This document shows positions 26,646-36,808 of a stretch of 64,000 nucleotides of DNA, in pieces. The number at the start of each line of letters is the position of its first letter. Position 1 is the first letter of the stretch. Below the pieces are notes generated by a model. The model was not told where the DNA came from, searched no databases, and saw nothing but the letters and a program-made list of their open reading frames with translations. Origin of the DNA: a virus. The position numbers and the translations under genes are program-made. The stretch spans positions 694 through 64,693 of the IMG/VR virus record IMGVR_UViG_2878893965_000005. One strand, 5' to 3'.

Positions 26646-27011
26646 AAACGGTAAGCATTTCAGTTTGTGCGGGTCAACAGGGCTGCGCTAATGCGTGATT
26701 TAATTATATGTAATGGACTTGGGTACATCCTCGGCTATGTGCGCGGATGCGATTAACGCCGACCCGCATCAAGGGTTATGCAGTCTGTAGAAAATCAACG
26801 CTGCAGCGATAGCCATAAAACAGATAAATATTGCGAGTTTTTCGAAGGTGCTCATTCTGGCTTCTCCCGAAAAAAAAGCCCGGAATAACAGGCCGGGCGA
26901 ATCACACAATGTTTAACATCAAATTGGAGGTTGCTCACTCTTCAGGATATGCGCAACGAAGAAACGATAAGCATTTCAGTTTGTACGGGTCAACAGGGCT
27001 GCGCTAATGCG
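26646..27011 (+). repeat. 50-bp direct repeat pair (26646-26695 and 26962-27011)
   Basis: 48/50 identical; the second copy ends in a terminator hairpin plus U-tract. Confidence 0.85.
26769..26855 (-). CDS. 28-aa hydrophobic peptide
   Basis: GGAGA RBS; MSTFEKLAIFICFMAIAAALIFYRLHNP. Confidence 0.55.
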   Translation of the reverse strand: MSTFEKLAIFICFMAIAAALIFYRLHNP

Positions 27012-27055
27012 CGGCTTTTTTATTAACTAAAATCGCCGGACAGGCGGGAGAAATT

Positions 27056-27298
27056 ATGTACAAAGTCAAAGTCAGCTACATCTTGCCGGAAGGTGAGCAG
27101 GTTCGTGTTGCTGTATGCGCAGTGAAAGAGGACGGCACTCAGATTTTCCAGATGGAGATCCAGTCACCGAACGAAAAGGGCAAATCACTCGATGCCTACG
27201 AGCAGGCCGCGATAGAGCAGTACACCGCGATTGTCAGTGATATTGCCGCCTCGGTACAACCGGCACCGGACGCCACCGAAGCCAGCGCCAAAAAGTAA
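27056..27298 (+). CDS. Conserved pre-lysis hypothetical protein (DUF826-like position)
   Basis: 80 aa, RBS, directly before the holin. Confidence 0.65.
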   Translation: MYKVKVSYILPEGEQVRVAVCAVKEDGTQIFQMEIQSPNEKGKSLDAYEQAAIEQYTAIVSDIAASVQPAPDATEASAKK

Positions 27299-27382
27299 CG
27301 TTTCCACAACAGCATAAACGGGTCGCCAGGTGCGGCCTTTTCTTTTATCTACCCTCCGCAGAAAGGCGAGCAGGGAGGCTCT

Positions 27383-27721
27383 ATGAATAACGACCCACAT
27401 AGCTGGACGGACTGGTGGGTGATGGTGAAAAGCTGGATTAATGGCGACATTCCCCTGGACAGCCTTTTAATGACGGCGGTTATTGCAACACTGCGTGTTC
27501 TGTATACGGGAAGAAGCTGGCGACGTCTGTTGCTTGAAGTGCCACTGTGCTGTCTGCTGGCCGTTGCCGCGTTCTCCATGATTAAACCTATTCCCGTTTC
27601 CTGGTTATCTGAAGACTGGCGGGTAGGTATTGGCGCAGCCATAGGGCTTATCGGCGTTGAGCATATCCGGGCACTGGGTGTGTTTGTGACGAAGAAAATA
27701 GCAGGAAGGACAGGACAATGA
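27383..27721 (+). CDS. Holin (lambda-type, multi-TM)
   Basis: Hydrophobic helices, basic C-terminus, coupled to endolysin. Confidence 0.8.
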   Translation: MNNDPHSWTDWWVMVKSWINGDIPLDSLLMTAVIATLRVLYTGRSWRRLLLEVPLCCLLAVAAFSMIKPIPVSWLSEDWRVGIGAAIGLIGVEHIRALGVFVTKKIAGRTGQ

Positions 27722-28134
27722 CTAATTCACCTCGCGGCATTCGTAACAACAACCCCGGCAATATCCGCTGGGGCGACGACTGGAAAGGGCTGGTACCGAA
27801 AGAGCAGCGTACCGATAAAGCGTTTTGCCAGTTTGTAACACCGGAATACGGCATCAGGGCGATGATCGTTATTCTGCGCAACTACCAGCGTAAACACGGC
27901 CTGAACACCATCACCGGCATTATTAACCGCTGGGCACCCACAAACGAGAATAACACGCAGGCATATATTGACAGCGTAGCAAAAACGACTGGCACAGCCC
28001 CTGTTCAATTCGTCCACACCGACGACAGCCGTTTCATGATGAAACTGCTACAGGCCATCATCCGGCACGAGAACGGCGAGCAGCCCTACGGGTTTGATGT
28101 GTTCGTCAGAGCGCTGGATCTGGCTGGCGGCTGA
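27718..28134 (+). CDS. Endolysin (lysozyme-like, RGIRNNNPGNI family)
   Basis: RGIRNNNPGNIR, F...EYGIRA, I.RWAP..ENNT motifs; between holin and spanins. Confidence 0.75.
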   Translation: MTNSPRGIRNNNPGNIRWGDDWKGLVPKEQRTDKAFCQFVTPEYGIRAMIVILRNYQRKHGLNTITGIINRWAPTNENNTQAYIDSVAKTTGTAPVQFVHTDDSRFMMKLLQAIIRHENGEQPYGFDVFVRALDLAGG

Positions 28135-28224
28135 TTCACGAAGAATATAAAAGCGAAAACCCCGATTGCCGCAAACAGTCGGGGTTTTCTGTTTCTGCAC
28201 CTTGAATAAGGCAAGGGAGAACCT

Positions 28225-28362
28225 GTGATTGATATTAGCAAACTGATTAGGGAGTTGCGACTAATGATTGAGCAATTACCAAACTGGAAATTTATCCTGA
28301 TCTGGCTGGTACTGTTTGTCGCTGCTATTGGCTATCTGATTGGGCAAATCCGCTGGTGGTGA
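28225..28362 (+). CDS. 45-aa membrane peptide, putative type I toxin
   Basis: GGGAG RBS; one TM helix, WW C-terminus; preceded by a strong bidirectional hairpin at 28155-28189. Confidence 0.6.
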   Translation: MIDISKLIRELRLMIEQLPNWKFILIWLVLFVAAIGYLIGQIRWW

Positions 28363-28363
28363 C

Positions 28364-28852
28364 ATGAACCGCATAACTACTGGCGTAATAGCCTCGTTGC
28401 TGATAGTGGCCGCCGCGCTGGCCTGGACAACGGACCATTACCACAGTAACGCGGTACGATTCCGGCAGCAGCGGGACACCGTTACTCATAAGCTGGCGCT
28501 GGCGAACGCGACAATTATCGACATGACGAAGCGCCAGCGTGACGTTGCTGTCCTTGATGCAAAATACACACAGGAGTTAGCCGATGCGAAAGCTGAGAAT
28601 GATGCTTTGCGCGATGACGTTGCCGCTGGCCGCCGTCGCCTGTACGTCAACGCAACATGCCCCGCAGCCGTGCGTAAAGCCACCACCTCCCCCGGCGTGG
28701 ATAATGCTTCCACCGCCACCCTTACAGCGAATGCTGAGCGGGATTACTGGCGTCTCAGGGACGGAATAGCCACAGTGACAAAGCAGATCGAAGGGGCGCA
28801 GGACTATATCAGAACACAATGTGGTTATGTTTCTTCTGACGGGACGAGATGA
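28364..28852 (+). CDS. Rz: Rz-like i-spanin
   Basis: N-terminal TM, LD.KYT.ELADAK.EN..LR..VAAG.RRL.V.A.C. Confidence 0.85.
   Translation: MNRITTGVIASLLIVAAALAWTTDHYHSNAVRFRQQRDTVTHKLALANATIIDMTKRQRDVAVLDAKYTQELADAKAENDALRDDVAAGRRRLYVNATCPAAVRKATTSPGVDNASTATLTANAERDYWRLRDGIATVTKQIEGAQDYIRTQCGYVSSDGTR
28584..28769 (+). CDS. Rz1: Rz1-like o-spanin lipoprotein (embedded)
   Basis: Lipobox VVAC and Pro-rich body in an alternate frame of Rz. Confidence 0.8.
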   Translation: MRKLRMMLCAMTLPLAAVACTSTQHAPQPCVKPPPPPAWIMLPPPPLQRMLSGITGVSGTE

Positions 28853-29049
28853 ATAAGCAGCGGCCTGGTATCTGATGTTACTGAAACATACTCAGGCGTA
28901 TCCTTGCGGTCTGATAGTCTTTGGAAAAAATAACCAAGTCTGGAGCGTTGTAACGAACGGACTATGCGACGCGAGTGTTTTTTGTTTTTGGCAACCATCT
29001 AAATCTCCCCAATGACATAACGGATAACGTTAACTCACACTACAGTTGT

Positions 29050-29064
29050 TGAGAATTATTATCA
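29050..29064. promoter_or_regulatory. Fur-box-like 7-1-7 site
   Basis: TGAGAAT-T-ATTATCA, one mismatch to consensus. Confidence 0.4.
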
Positions 29065-29197
29065 ATAACGGGGTGGTGAAATATTTTTCCGATTGAATAA
29101 TGAACAAAAATGATGGCGTTACGTGAAATCTGAGATTTTGCGGGGGTTATTGTTCACCAGATTTTACGTATGGAGAGCGTGACAACAGGAAGATGTT

Positions 29198-30025
29198 ATG
29201 GCAAAGACCGACTGGAAAAAGCTGGAGCAAAAATTTCAGCGTGCTCATGCCAGAACAGGTATCAAGCTTCAGGACTGGTGTAAGCAGAATGGCATCAGCT
29301 ATGACACAGCCCGACGGTATATAAAACTGCGCAAAAATGAGCAGGAGTCTGCGCAGAAAAGTGCGCAAAAAAAGGAACAAAAAACTGCGCAAAATTATGA
29401 CGCATCTTCAGAAGAAAAAAACAGTGACGACGAGGATTGCGAAGAAGAAAATCTGGCAGACAGTGATGACGAAAATTGCGCAAATTCGGCAGAGACGAAA
29501 CGAAAAAAACGGGGTGGAAATCCTCATCCCGTTTGCCGGTTCGTCGAGCGTAACACTGCCGCAGTAAAACACCGTGGATACGCCAGGTATCTGGAAAAAG
29601 ACTACCTGTTTGATGATGCGGCAGAAATGGCACTCATTGATGAGCTGGTATTTACCCGTGCAAGGGCGCTTTCGGTAACAGCAACCCTGAAACGCATGTT
29701 TACCGAACTGGATAAAACGGAAGATATTCTGGCGCGCACAGCATTGTACGGAAAAATTTTGCAGGCTGAGACTGCCCTCGATCGCAATATTGCCCGTATT
29801 GAATCGATAGAGCGCACGCTGGGTACGCTGGACATTATCGCGGTCACACCTGCAAAAATTATTGCCGATACCGAGTACCGGGCAGCAGCCAGAGAAAAAG
29901 TTAAAGCTGAGACCGATATTCTCACCAGCCAGAAGCAGGGGGTAACAACCCCGATGACTGAAATAGTGTCAGAGCTTCATGGTATGAGCCATTCCGGGAG
30001 GTTAGATGACATCCCCGAAGAGTGA
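29198..30025 (+). CDS. Terminase small subunit
   Basis: N-terminal HTH (DW..L....WC...GISY.TA.RYI); overlaps terL. Confidence 0.8.
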   Translation: MAKTDWKKLEQKFQRAHARTGIKLQDWCKQNGISYDTARRYIKLRKNEQESAQKSAQKKEQKTAQNYDASSEEKNSDDEDCEEENLADSDDENCANSAETKRKKRGGNPHPVCRFVERNTAAVKHRGYARYLEKDYLFDDAAEMALIDELVFTRARALSVTATLKRMFTELDKTEDILARTALYGKILQAETALDRNIARIESIERTLGTLDIIAVTPAKIIADTEYRAAAREKVKAETDILTSQKQGVTTPMTEIVSELHGMSHSGRLDDIPEE

Positions 30026-31718
30026 GCCGCAATACTGTGAACCTGATTTATCCGGGATGAGTGAAGCAGAACAGCGCCTTTTTATTCTGACAAAACTGAG
30101 CAATCCCTGGTGGCGTCTTAATCATCTCTACAAAGTCCAGAATGAAAAAGGGGAACTGGTTACTTTCAGAATGCGTCCGGCTCAGCGCCAGCTTTTCCGG
30201 AGTATGCATAACAAAAATATCATTCTTAAAGCGCGACAACTGGGGTTCTCGACGGCAATTGATATCTATCTGCTGGACCAGGCGCTGTTCACGGCACACC
30301 TCAAGTGCGGGATTGTGGCACAGGATAAACAGGCAGCCAGTGAGATTTTTCGTACCAAAATTGCAGTGCCGTTTGACAATCTTCCCCCGTGGTTGCGGGC
30401 TTCATTCACTGTTGCGGAACGAAGAAGCGGTGCCAGCGGCGGTTATATCCTGTTTGGTCATGGCTCCAGTATTCAGGTGGCGACCTCGTTTCGTTCCGGT
30501 ACGGTTCAGCGTCTTCATATCTCCGAGCACGGCAAGATTTGTGCGAAATATCCGGCTAAGGCCAAAGAGCTGCGTACGGGGACGCTGAATGCTGTCGCGG
30601 ATGAATGCATTATTTTCGACGAGTCCACCGCAGAAGGCGTTGGCGGCGATTTCTACGACATGAGCAACCGGGCACAGGAGATAACGACTTCCGGTCTGGA
30701 TTTGTCACCACAGGATTATAAGTTCCACTTTTATGCGTGGTGGCAGGACCCCAAATACAGTGCGAAAGTGCCGGCCTCCGGTCTGAGACTGACGCGCGAA
30801 AAAGCGGAGTATTTTTCGGCTGTTGAAAAAGCCATGAATATCACGCTCACCGATGGACAGAAGCAATGGTATGTCAACAAGGAGACAGAACAGCGCGAGG
30901 AAATGAAGCAGGAGTTTCCTTCCACGCCGCAGGAAGCTTTCCTTACGTCAGGCCGGAGAGTGTTTAATGCCGAAAGTACATTGCAGGCCGAAGCCGGGTG
31001 TATTCCTCCACTGATTGTGTATGACATTGAGCCTGTAACGGGCACCAGAACAAAGGCACAGGCTTTACGTAGCGGTAAAAAGGATGAACTCAGTCGTACG
31101 CTGATGAATTATCTTCTGGTCTGGGAACTGCCCGATCCGGACGAGCAGTATGCCATCGGTGCTGACCCGGCTGAAGGGCTGGAGCACGGCGACCGCTCGT
31201 CACTGGATGTGGTCAAACAAAGTACCGGCGAACAGGTTGCGCACTGGTTCGGACATCTGGACGCTGAGTTATTTGCTCACCTGCTGGCGCATGTGGGGAA
31301 ACTGTATAACACCGCCTTTATCGGACCTGAGCGCAATAACCACGGCCATGCGGTCATTCTCAAACTGCGTGAGATTTATCCGCCCCGTTTTATCTACAAC
31401 GAGCAGCATATTGACCAGGACAACGACGATGATACGCCGCGTCTGGGCTGGTTAACCACGCGCCAGAGCAAGCCGATCCTGACTGAGGGAATGAAGACCC
31501 TGCTGAATAACGGGATTTCCGGTATCCGCTGGACAGGCACGCTGAGCGAGATGAACACCTACGTCTACAACGCGAAAGGTTCAATGAATGCACAGGAAGG
31601 CTGCTTCGATGACCAGGTGATGAGCTACTGCATCGCACAGGAAATGCGGGCGCGTATGCCTGTACGCATTAAGTCGCAACCAACTGAACGCACCAAAAAA
31701 CACTGGATGACTCACTGA
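30006..31718 (+). CDS. Terminase large subunit
   Basis: LKARQLGFST, ESTA.G, G.D.AEG, DD.V motifs. Confidence 0.9.
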   Translation: MTSPKSEPQYCEPDLSGMSEAEQRLFILTKLSNPWWRLNHLYKVQNEKGELVTFRMRPAQRQLFRSMHNKNIILKARQLGFSTAIDIYLLDQALFTAHLKCGIVAQDKQAASEIFRTKIAVPFDNLPPWLRASFTVAERRSGASGGYILFGHGSSIQVATSFRSGTVQRLHISEHGKICAKYPAKAKELRTGTLNAVADECIIFDESTAEGVGGDFYDMSNRAQEITTSGLDLSPQDYKFHFYAWWQDPKYSAKVPASGLRLTREKAEYFSAVEKAMNITLTDGQKQWYVNKETEQREEMKQEFPSTPQEAFLTSGRRVFNAESTLQAEAGCIPPLIVYDIEPVTGTRTKAQALRSGKKDELSRTLMNYLLVWELPDPDEQYAIGADPAEGLEHGDRSSLDVVKQSTGEQVAHWFGHLDAELFAHLLAHVGKLYNTAFIGPERNNHGHAVILKLREIYPPRFIYNEQHIDQDNDDDTPRLGWLTTRQSKPILTEGMKTLLNNGISGIRWTGTLSEMNTYVYNAKGSMNAQEGCFDDQVMSYCIAQEMRARMPVRIKSQPTERTKKHWMTH

Positions 31719-33865
31719 TGAACACAGAACAGATACAGACCAGCGCAGCGGGTTCACCAGGCGCAGAAGCCCCGCGTTTTTCACAGCAAAAATTACTGGC
31801 TGTCAGCTCCGATATTGATCACCAGCCAAAGTGGCGTGACGGTGCAAACAAGGCTTGCGCTTATTATGATGGTGATCAGCTCGATCCTGAAGTCATTACC
31901 GTACTGGAAGAACGAGGCCAGCCGAAGACCATTCATAATCTGATAGCACCAACGATTGATGGTGTGCTCGGTATGGAAGCCAAGACCCGCACTGATTTGA
32001 TGGTGGTGTCCGATGATCCGGATGAAGAAGCTGAAAAACTGGCTGATGCCATCAATGCGGAGTTTGCCGATGCGTGCCGCCTGAGTAACCTGAATAAAGC
32101 ACGTTCAGATGCTTACGCGGAACAAATTAAAGCCGGGCTGAGCTGGGTTGAAGTCCGTCGTAACAGCGATCCGTTTGGCCCGAAATTTAAAGTCTCAACG
32201 GTAAACCGGAATGAAGTGTACTGGGACTGGCTGAGTCGGGAAGCTGACCTGAGTGACTGCCGCTGGCTGATGCGCCGTCGCTGGATGGACACGGACGAGG
32301 CGAAAGTGTCGTTTCCGGGGATGTCGCAGATCATCGATTACGCTGTCCATGAATGGCGGGGATTTGTTGATACCACGCTGGCTGAAGGACAGGACAGCCA
32401 GTTAATGAGCGCATGGGAGGAATACCAGAGCTGGAGCCGTGAGCAAAGCGAATGGCTCCAGAGCGACCGCAGGCGTGTACTGCTTCAGGTGGTCTATTAC
32501 CGCGTTTACCAGCGGATGCCCGTTATTGAACTGAATAATGGTCGTGTCGTAGCCTTCGATAAAAATAACCTGATGCAGGCCGTGGCAGTAGCGACCGGAC
32601 GCGTTCAGGTCACCATCGGACGGGTAAGCCGTATCCGCGAGGCCTGGTTTGTCGGACCACACTTTATTACCGACAGACCGTGTACTGCACCGCAGGGGAT
32701 GTTTCCGCTGGTGCCGTTCTGGGGCTATCGCAAGGATAAAACGGGCGAACCTTACGGGCTGGTGTCACGCGCAATCCCCGCACAGGATGAAGTGAACTTC
32801 CGTCGTCTGAAACTGACCTGGCAGTTACAGGCCAAACGGGTTGTGATGGACAACGATGCCACCGATATGTCCAATTCTGAGGTAATGGAACAGGTCGAAC
32901 GTCCTGATGGCGTTATTCGCCTGAATGCGGACCGGAAAAACAAAACCTCCATAGCTGATGTTTTCAGCGTTCAACAGGACTCTCAGATTTCTAACCAGCA
33001 GTTTACGGTGATGCAGGAGTCGGAAAAACTCATCCAGGACACAATGGGTGTTTATGCGGCATTCCTGGGGCAGAACTCCAATGCATCATCAGGCGTTGCC
33101 ATCAGTAACCTGGTGGAGCAGGGCGGTACCACGCTGGCTGAAATTAACGACAACTACCAGTTCGCCTGCCAGCAGGTGGGACGGTTGTTGTTGAGTTATT
33201 TGCTGGAAGACCTGAAAAAACGCCGGAATTATGCGGTGGTCATTAACCGGAACGACAAGCGCAAACGTCAGACAGTGACGCTTAACGAAGACGGTGATGA
33301 TGGTGAGATGACCAACGATATTTCCCGCCTTAATACCTATATTGCCCTCGCGCCGGTACAGCAGACGCCCGCGTTTAAGGCGCAACTGGCACAGCGTATG
33401 TCTGAGGTTATCCAGGGCTTACCGCCGGAAGTACAGGCTGCGGTGCTTGATTTGTGGGTGAACCTCCTGGATGTACCGGACAAACAGGAGTTTGTTGAAC
33501 GTATACGTACCGCGCTGGGAACACCGAAATCACCGGATGAAATGACGCCGGAAGAGCAGCAGCAGGCACAACAGCAGCAGGAGATACAGCAGCAACAGAT
33601 GGAACTTCAGATGCGCGAAATGGCCGGGAAGGTGGCAAAACTGGAGGCGGATGCCGCAAAAGCACAGGCTGCCGCGCAGAAGGACGCCGCAGCCGCGCAG
33701 CTTGATACAGCGAAAGCGCAGGGACAACGTTATGTGGATGCACTGAACCAGGCGAATGCTGCCGATGTTCTCACAGGGATACAGAACTCGGAGCAGGAAT
33801 CAGCACTTTTGCAACAACAGATATTACAGACATTACAGCAGCGGATAGAAGCGATGCAGCTTTAA
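31718..33865 (+). CDS. Portal protein (P22/933W-like)
   Basis: 715 aa after terL; C-terminal Gln-rich coiled-coil barrel. Confidence 0.85.
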   Translation: MNTEQIQTSAAGSPGAEAPRFSQQKLLAVSSDIDHQPKWRDGANKACAYYDGDQLDPEVITVLEERGQPKTIHNLIAPTIDGVLGMEAKTRTDLMVVSDDPDEEAEKLADAINAEFADACRLSNLNKARSDAYAEQIKAGLSWVEVRRNSDPFGPKFKVSTVNRNEVYWDWLSREADLSDCRWLMRRRWMDTDEAKVSFPGMSQIIDYAVHEWRGFVDTTLAEGQDSQLMSAWEEYQSWSREQSEWLQSDRRRVLLQVVYYRVYQRMPVIELNNGRVVAFDKNNLMQAVAVATGRVQVTIGRVSRIREAWFVGPHFITDRPCTAPQGMFPLVPFWGYRKDKTGEPYGLVSRAIPAQDEVNFRRLKLTWQLQAKRVVMDNDATDMSNSEVMEQVERPDGVIRLNADRKNKTSIADVFSVQQDSQISNQQFTVMQESEKLIQDTMGVYAAFLGQNSNASSGVAISNLVEQGGTTLAEINDNYQFACQQVGRLLLSYLLEDLKKRRNYAVVINRNDKRKRQTVTLNEDGDDGEMTNDISRLNTYIALAPVQQTPAFKAQLAQRMSEVIQGLPPEVQAAVLDLWVNLLDVPDKQEFVERIRTALGTPKSPDEMTPEEQQQAQQQQEIQQQQMELQMREMAGKVAKLEADAAKAQAAAQKDAAAAQLDTAKAQGQRYVDALNQANAADVLTGIQNSEQESALLQQQILQTLQQRIEAMQL

Positions 33866-34018
33866 CCTCCAGTTCACCAGTACACAGCCAGCCTCGCGCT
33901 GGCTTTTTTGTTTCTGCTGCTAAGCCCGCTGGCAACAGTGTGCTTATTCGCAGGGGCAGCGATACGCCTTTTATTTATCAACATCGGATCTGTCCGACAA
34001 ACAGACATGCGGGGAATT

Positions 34019-35005
34019 ATGGACTTTGAAATTACAGGTGAAGAAACCCAGGAACAGCTCGAAGAACTCATGGCAAAAATGGGTGATATCGAGGTTGAGG
34101 GTGACATCGAGGAGCAGGAAGAGCGTGCGGAACATTCTGACAGCGAGACTTCTGAAACAGTACAAACTGACACGGGCGATAAAAAGGCACCGACGCCGGG
34201 GGCCGGTACTGATGAAGAGGGGCAACCGCAGGAGGATGTGAAGGGGATTCTCACCAGGGACGGGAAACATGTTATTCCTTATGACGTTCTTGAAGCCGAG
34301 CGTGCTGAAAAGCAACGTCTGACTCAGCGTTATGAGCAACAACTGGCTGAAGAGCAGCGCAAAATTGATTTGCTGACGTCACAAATCAAACAGGCTGGTA
34401 TGACGCCAGATCCTCTCCCGGAAGATGCGCGTATTTCTGACGAGCAGATAGCCAAAATCAGGGAGGATTACCCCGAAATGGCGGACGCGCTCACCCTGAT
34501 GGCCCGTAAATACGATTATTTACAGGCACAGATCCAGAAGGAACAACCGCAACGGCAGGTGGAAGAACAGGATAACTCCGCTGCCGTTGCTGCTTTGAAC
34601 GCCACGCCTGACCTGGCTGAATGGCAACGATCCGACCCTGACAAGTTTGCCATCGCAGTTCACCTTGATGAGAAGTTACAGAATGACCCCGCATGGAAAT
34701 ATAAACCGCTGACGGAACGCTTTGCCGAAGTGGCACGACGTACGCGAGCTGCTTACGGTGAAACGCCTTCCCATCCTGTCGTGGAGCAGGACAACCATGA
34801 GGTTCTTGCTGTTGCCGCAGAGAAAGTCGCTAAAGCCGATACTGCGGCAACGGTGCCTGATTCACCGTCAGATCTGGGGAACACGGCAGCAGTACCGCAG
34901 GATAAATTTGAGCAGTTACTTGGTGCTTCTTATGCAGATGCAGAGGCCGTAATGAGCGGCATGAGCGACGCGGATATCGACGCGATCCTTGAGAAGCTGG
35001 GGTAA
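34019..35005 (+). CDS. Scaffolding protein
   Basis: Acidic coiled-coil ORF between portal and capsid; start 34019 has an RBS. Confidence 0.7.
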   Translation: MDFEITGEETQEQLEELMAKMGDIEVEGDIEEQEERAEHSDSETSETVQTDTGDKKAPTPGAGTDEEGQPQEDVKGILTRDGKHVIPYDVLEAERAEKQRLTQRYEQQLAEEQRKIDLLTSQIKQAGMTPDPLPEDARISDEQIAKIREDYPEMADALTLMARKYDYLQAQIQKEQPQRQVEEQDNSAAVAALNATPDLAEWQRSDPDKFAIAVHLDEKLQNDPAWKYKPLTERFAEVARRTRAAYGETPSHPVVEQDNHEVLAVAAEKVAKADTAATVPDSPSDLGNTAAVPQDKFEQLLGASYADAEAVMSGMSDADIDAILEKLG

Positions 35006-35058
35006 CACACCGAATCCGACCCGCTGAAAGGCGGGTTTTTCTTTTAATGGAGTAAATT

Positions 35059-36273
35059 ATGTCAACAGTAACTACTGCCCAGGCGAATAAGCTGTACCAG
35101 GTGGCACTGTTCACCGCCGCTAACCGTAATCGTTCGATGGTGAATATCCTTACTGAACAACAGGAAGCCCCTAAAGCCGTTTCGCCGGACAAAAAAAGCA
35201 CAAAACAAACCAGCGCGGGTGCGCCGGTCGTTCGTATCACCGATTTGAAGAAAGAGCGTGGCGATGAGGTCAGTTTCAGCATTATGCACAAACTTTCCAA
35301 ACTGCCGACGATGGGGGACCAGCGCATTGAAGGACGCGGGGAAGATTTGAGCCGAGCAGACTTCTCTCTTCGTATCGATCAGGGGCGTCATCTGGTGGAT
35401 GCGGGTGGACGTATGTCACAGCAGCGTACCAAATTCAATCTTGCCAGTTCAGCCCGTACCCTTCTGGGAACCTACTTCAACGATTTGCAGGACCAGTGTG
35501 CTGTAGTTCATCTGGCGGGGGCTCGCGGTGATTTCATGGCTGACGATGTTATCGTACCGCTGGCTTCACATCGTGATTTTAAAGAGATCATGATTAATGA
35601 TGTCATGCCGCCAACCCATAACCGCCATTTCTTCGGTGGCGATGCCACCTCTCTTGAAGCGGTGGACTCTTCAGACGTGTTCACCCTCAGCCTGGTTGAC
35701 AATATGGCGCTGTTCATTGACGAAATGGCACATCCGTTACAGCCCGTTCGCCTGAAAGGCGATGAACTGTACGGTGAAGACCCTTACTACGTGCTGTACG
35801 TCACCCCCCGTCAGTGGAATGACTGGTACACCAGCACCTCCGGTAAGGACTGGAACCAGATGATGGTTCGTGCAGTCAACCGCTCCAAAGGATTCAACCA
35901 TCCATTGTTCAAAGGTGAATGTGCGATGTGGCGTAACATTCTGGTGCGGAAATATGCCGGAATGCCGATTCGCTTCTATACCGGCTCCCGTGTATGGATT
36001 TCGAATAATAACCTTGCCGCTACCACGCAACAAATTGAAGTGAAAACCAATATCGACCGCGCAATGTTGCTCGGCGCCCAGGCGCTGGCCAACGCTTACG
36101 GTCAGAAAGATGGTGGTCATTTCAATCTGATTCAGAAAAAAACGGATATGGATAACCGTACCGAGATCGCTATTAACTGGATCAACGGCCTGAAAAAAAT
36201 CCGTTTCGAGGATAAAACCGGACGGATGCAGGACCACGGCGTCATTGCCGTCGATACCGCAGTACGCATCTGA
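35059..36273 (+). CDS. Major capsid protein (N4-gp56/DUF4043-like)
   Basis: DL.K..GD.V.F, LF.GE...W.N.LV motifs; 404 aa. Confidence 0.85.
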   Translation: MSTVTTAQANKLYQVALFTAANRNRSMVNILTEQQEAPKAVSPDKKSTKQTSAGAPVVRITDLKKERGDEVSFSIMHKLSKLPTMGDQRIEGRGEDLSRADFSLRIDQGRHLVDAGGRMSQQRTKFNLASSARTLLGTYFNDLQDQCAVVHLAGARGDFMADDVIVPLASHRDFKEIMINDVMPPTHNRHFFGGDATSLEAVDSSDVFTLSLVDNMALFIDEMAHPLQPVRLKGDELYGEDPYYVLYVTPRQWNDWYTSTSGKDWNQMMVRAVNRSKGFNHPLFKGECAMWRNILVRKYAGMPIRFYTGSRVWISNNNLAATTQQIEVKTNIDRAMLLGAQALANAYGQKDGGHFNLIQKKTDMDNRTEIAINWINGLKKIRFEDKTGRMQDHGVIAVDTAVRI

Positions 36274-36337
36274 TTTTAATCTCACCTCTTATTCAGCCGG
36301 GTATTTAAACCCGGCATTTTTTTAAGGAGTAATCATT

Positions 36338-36751
36338 ATGGCCGGACCTGTGGCAGATAAACCAGAAGCGGGTGTGATTTACGCCCAGTCTTATAAGGAG
36401 AACGTTTATCAGGGGGCGCACGGTAACGAATCCGTTATTGAGGGTTTTATTGAACTCAACGGTGCGCCAACGGGTACGGAAGTACGCCTGTTGCGTCTTC
36501 CGATCGGGATGCGTATCAATTCAGTTCAGATCACGACTGACGGTATTGGCGCCGGGGCAACGGTCACCATTAAAAGTGGCGACCATGAACTGGTACATGC
36601 TGATGATGTTCACGCGAAAGTGACGCATCACTTTGTAGTTGAACCCTATTCCACGTTAACTGATGGAGAAGTGCTGACGGCAACGGTTGACTGCGTGTCT
36701 GCAACCGGAAAGCTGAACGTACTGGTTCGTTACTCCGTGGTTGGCTACTGA
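36338..36751 (+). CDS. Probable capsid decoration protein
   Basis: Beta-rich 137 aa directly after the capsid gene. Confidence 0.5.
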   Translation: MAGPVADKPEAGVIYAQSYKENVYQGAHGNESVIEGFIELNGAPTGTEVRLLRLPIGMRINSVQITTDGIGAGATVTIKSGDHELVHADDVHAKVTHHFVVEPYSTLTDGEVLTATVDCVSATGKLNVLVRYSVVGY

Positions 36752-36808
36752 TACTGACTGATAACCTGCCCGCCATTGCGCGGGCTTACTTTTTTCTGAG
36801 GAAGAGAA

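Noticed and set aside
33908-34018. Upstream extension of the scaffolding ORF
   Set aside because: Overlaps a terminator and lacks an RBS; ATG 34019 is more plausible.
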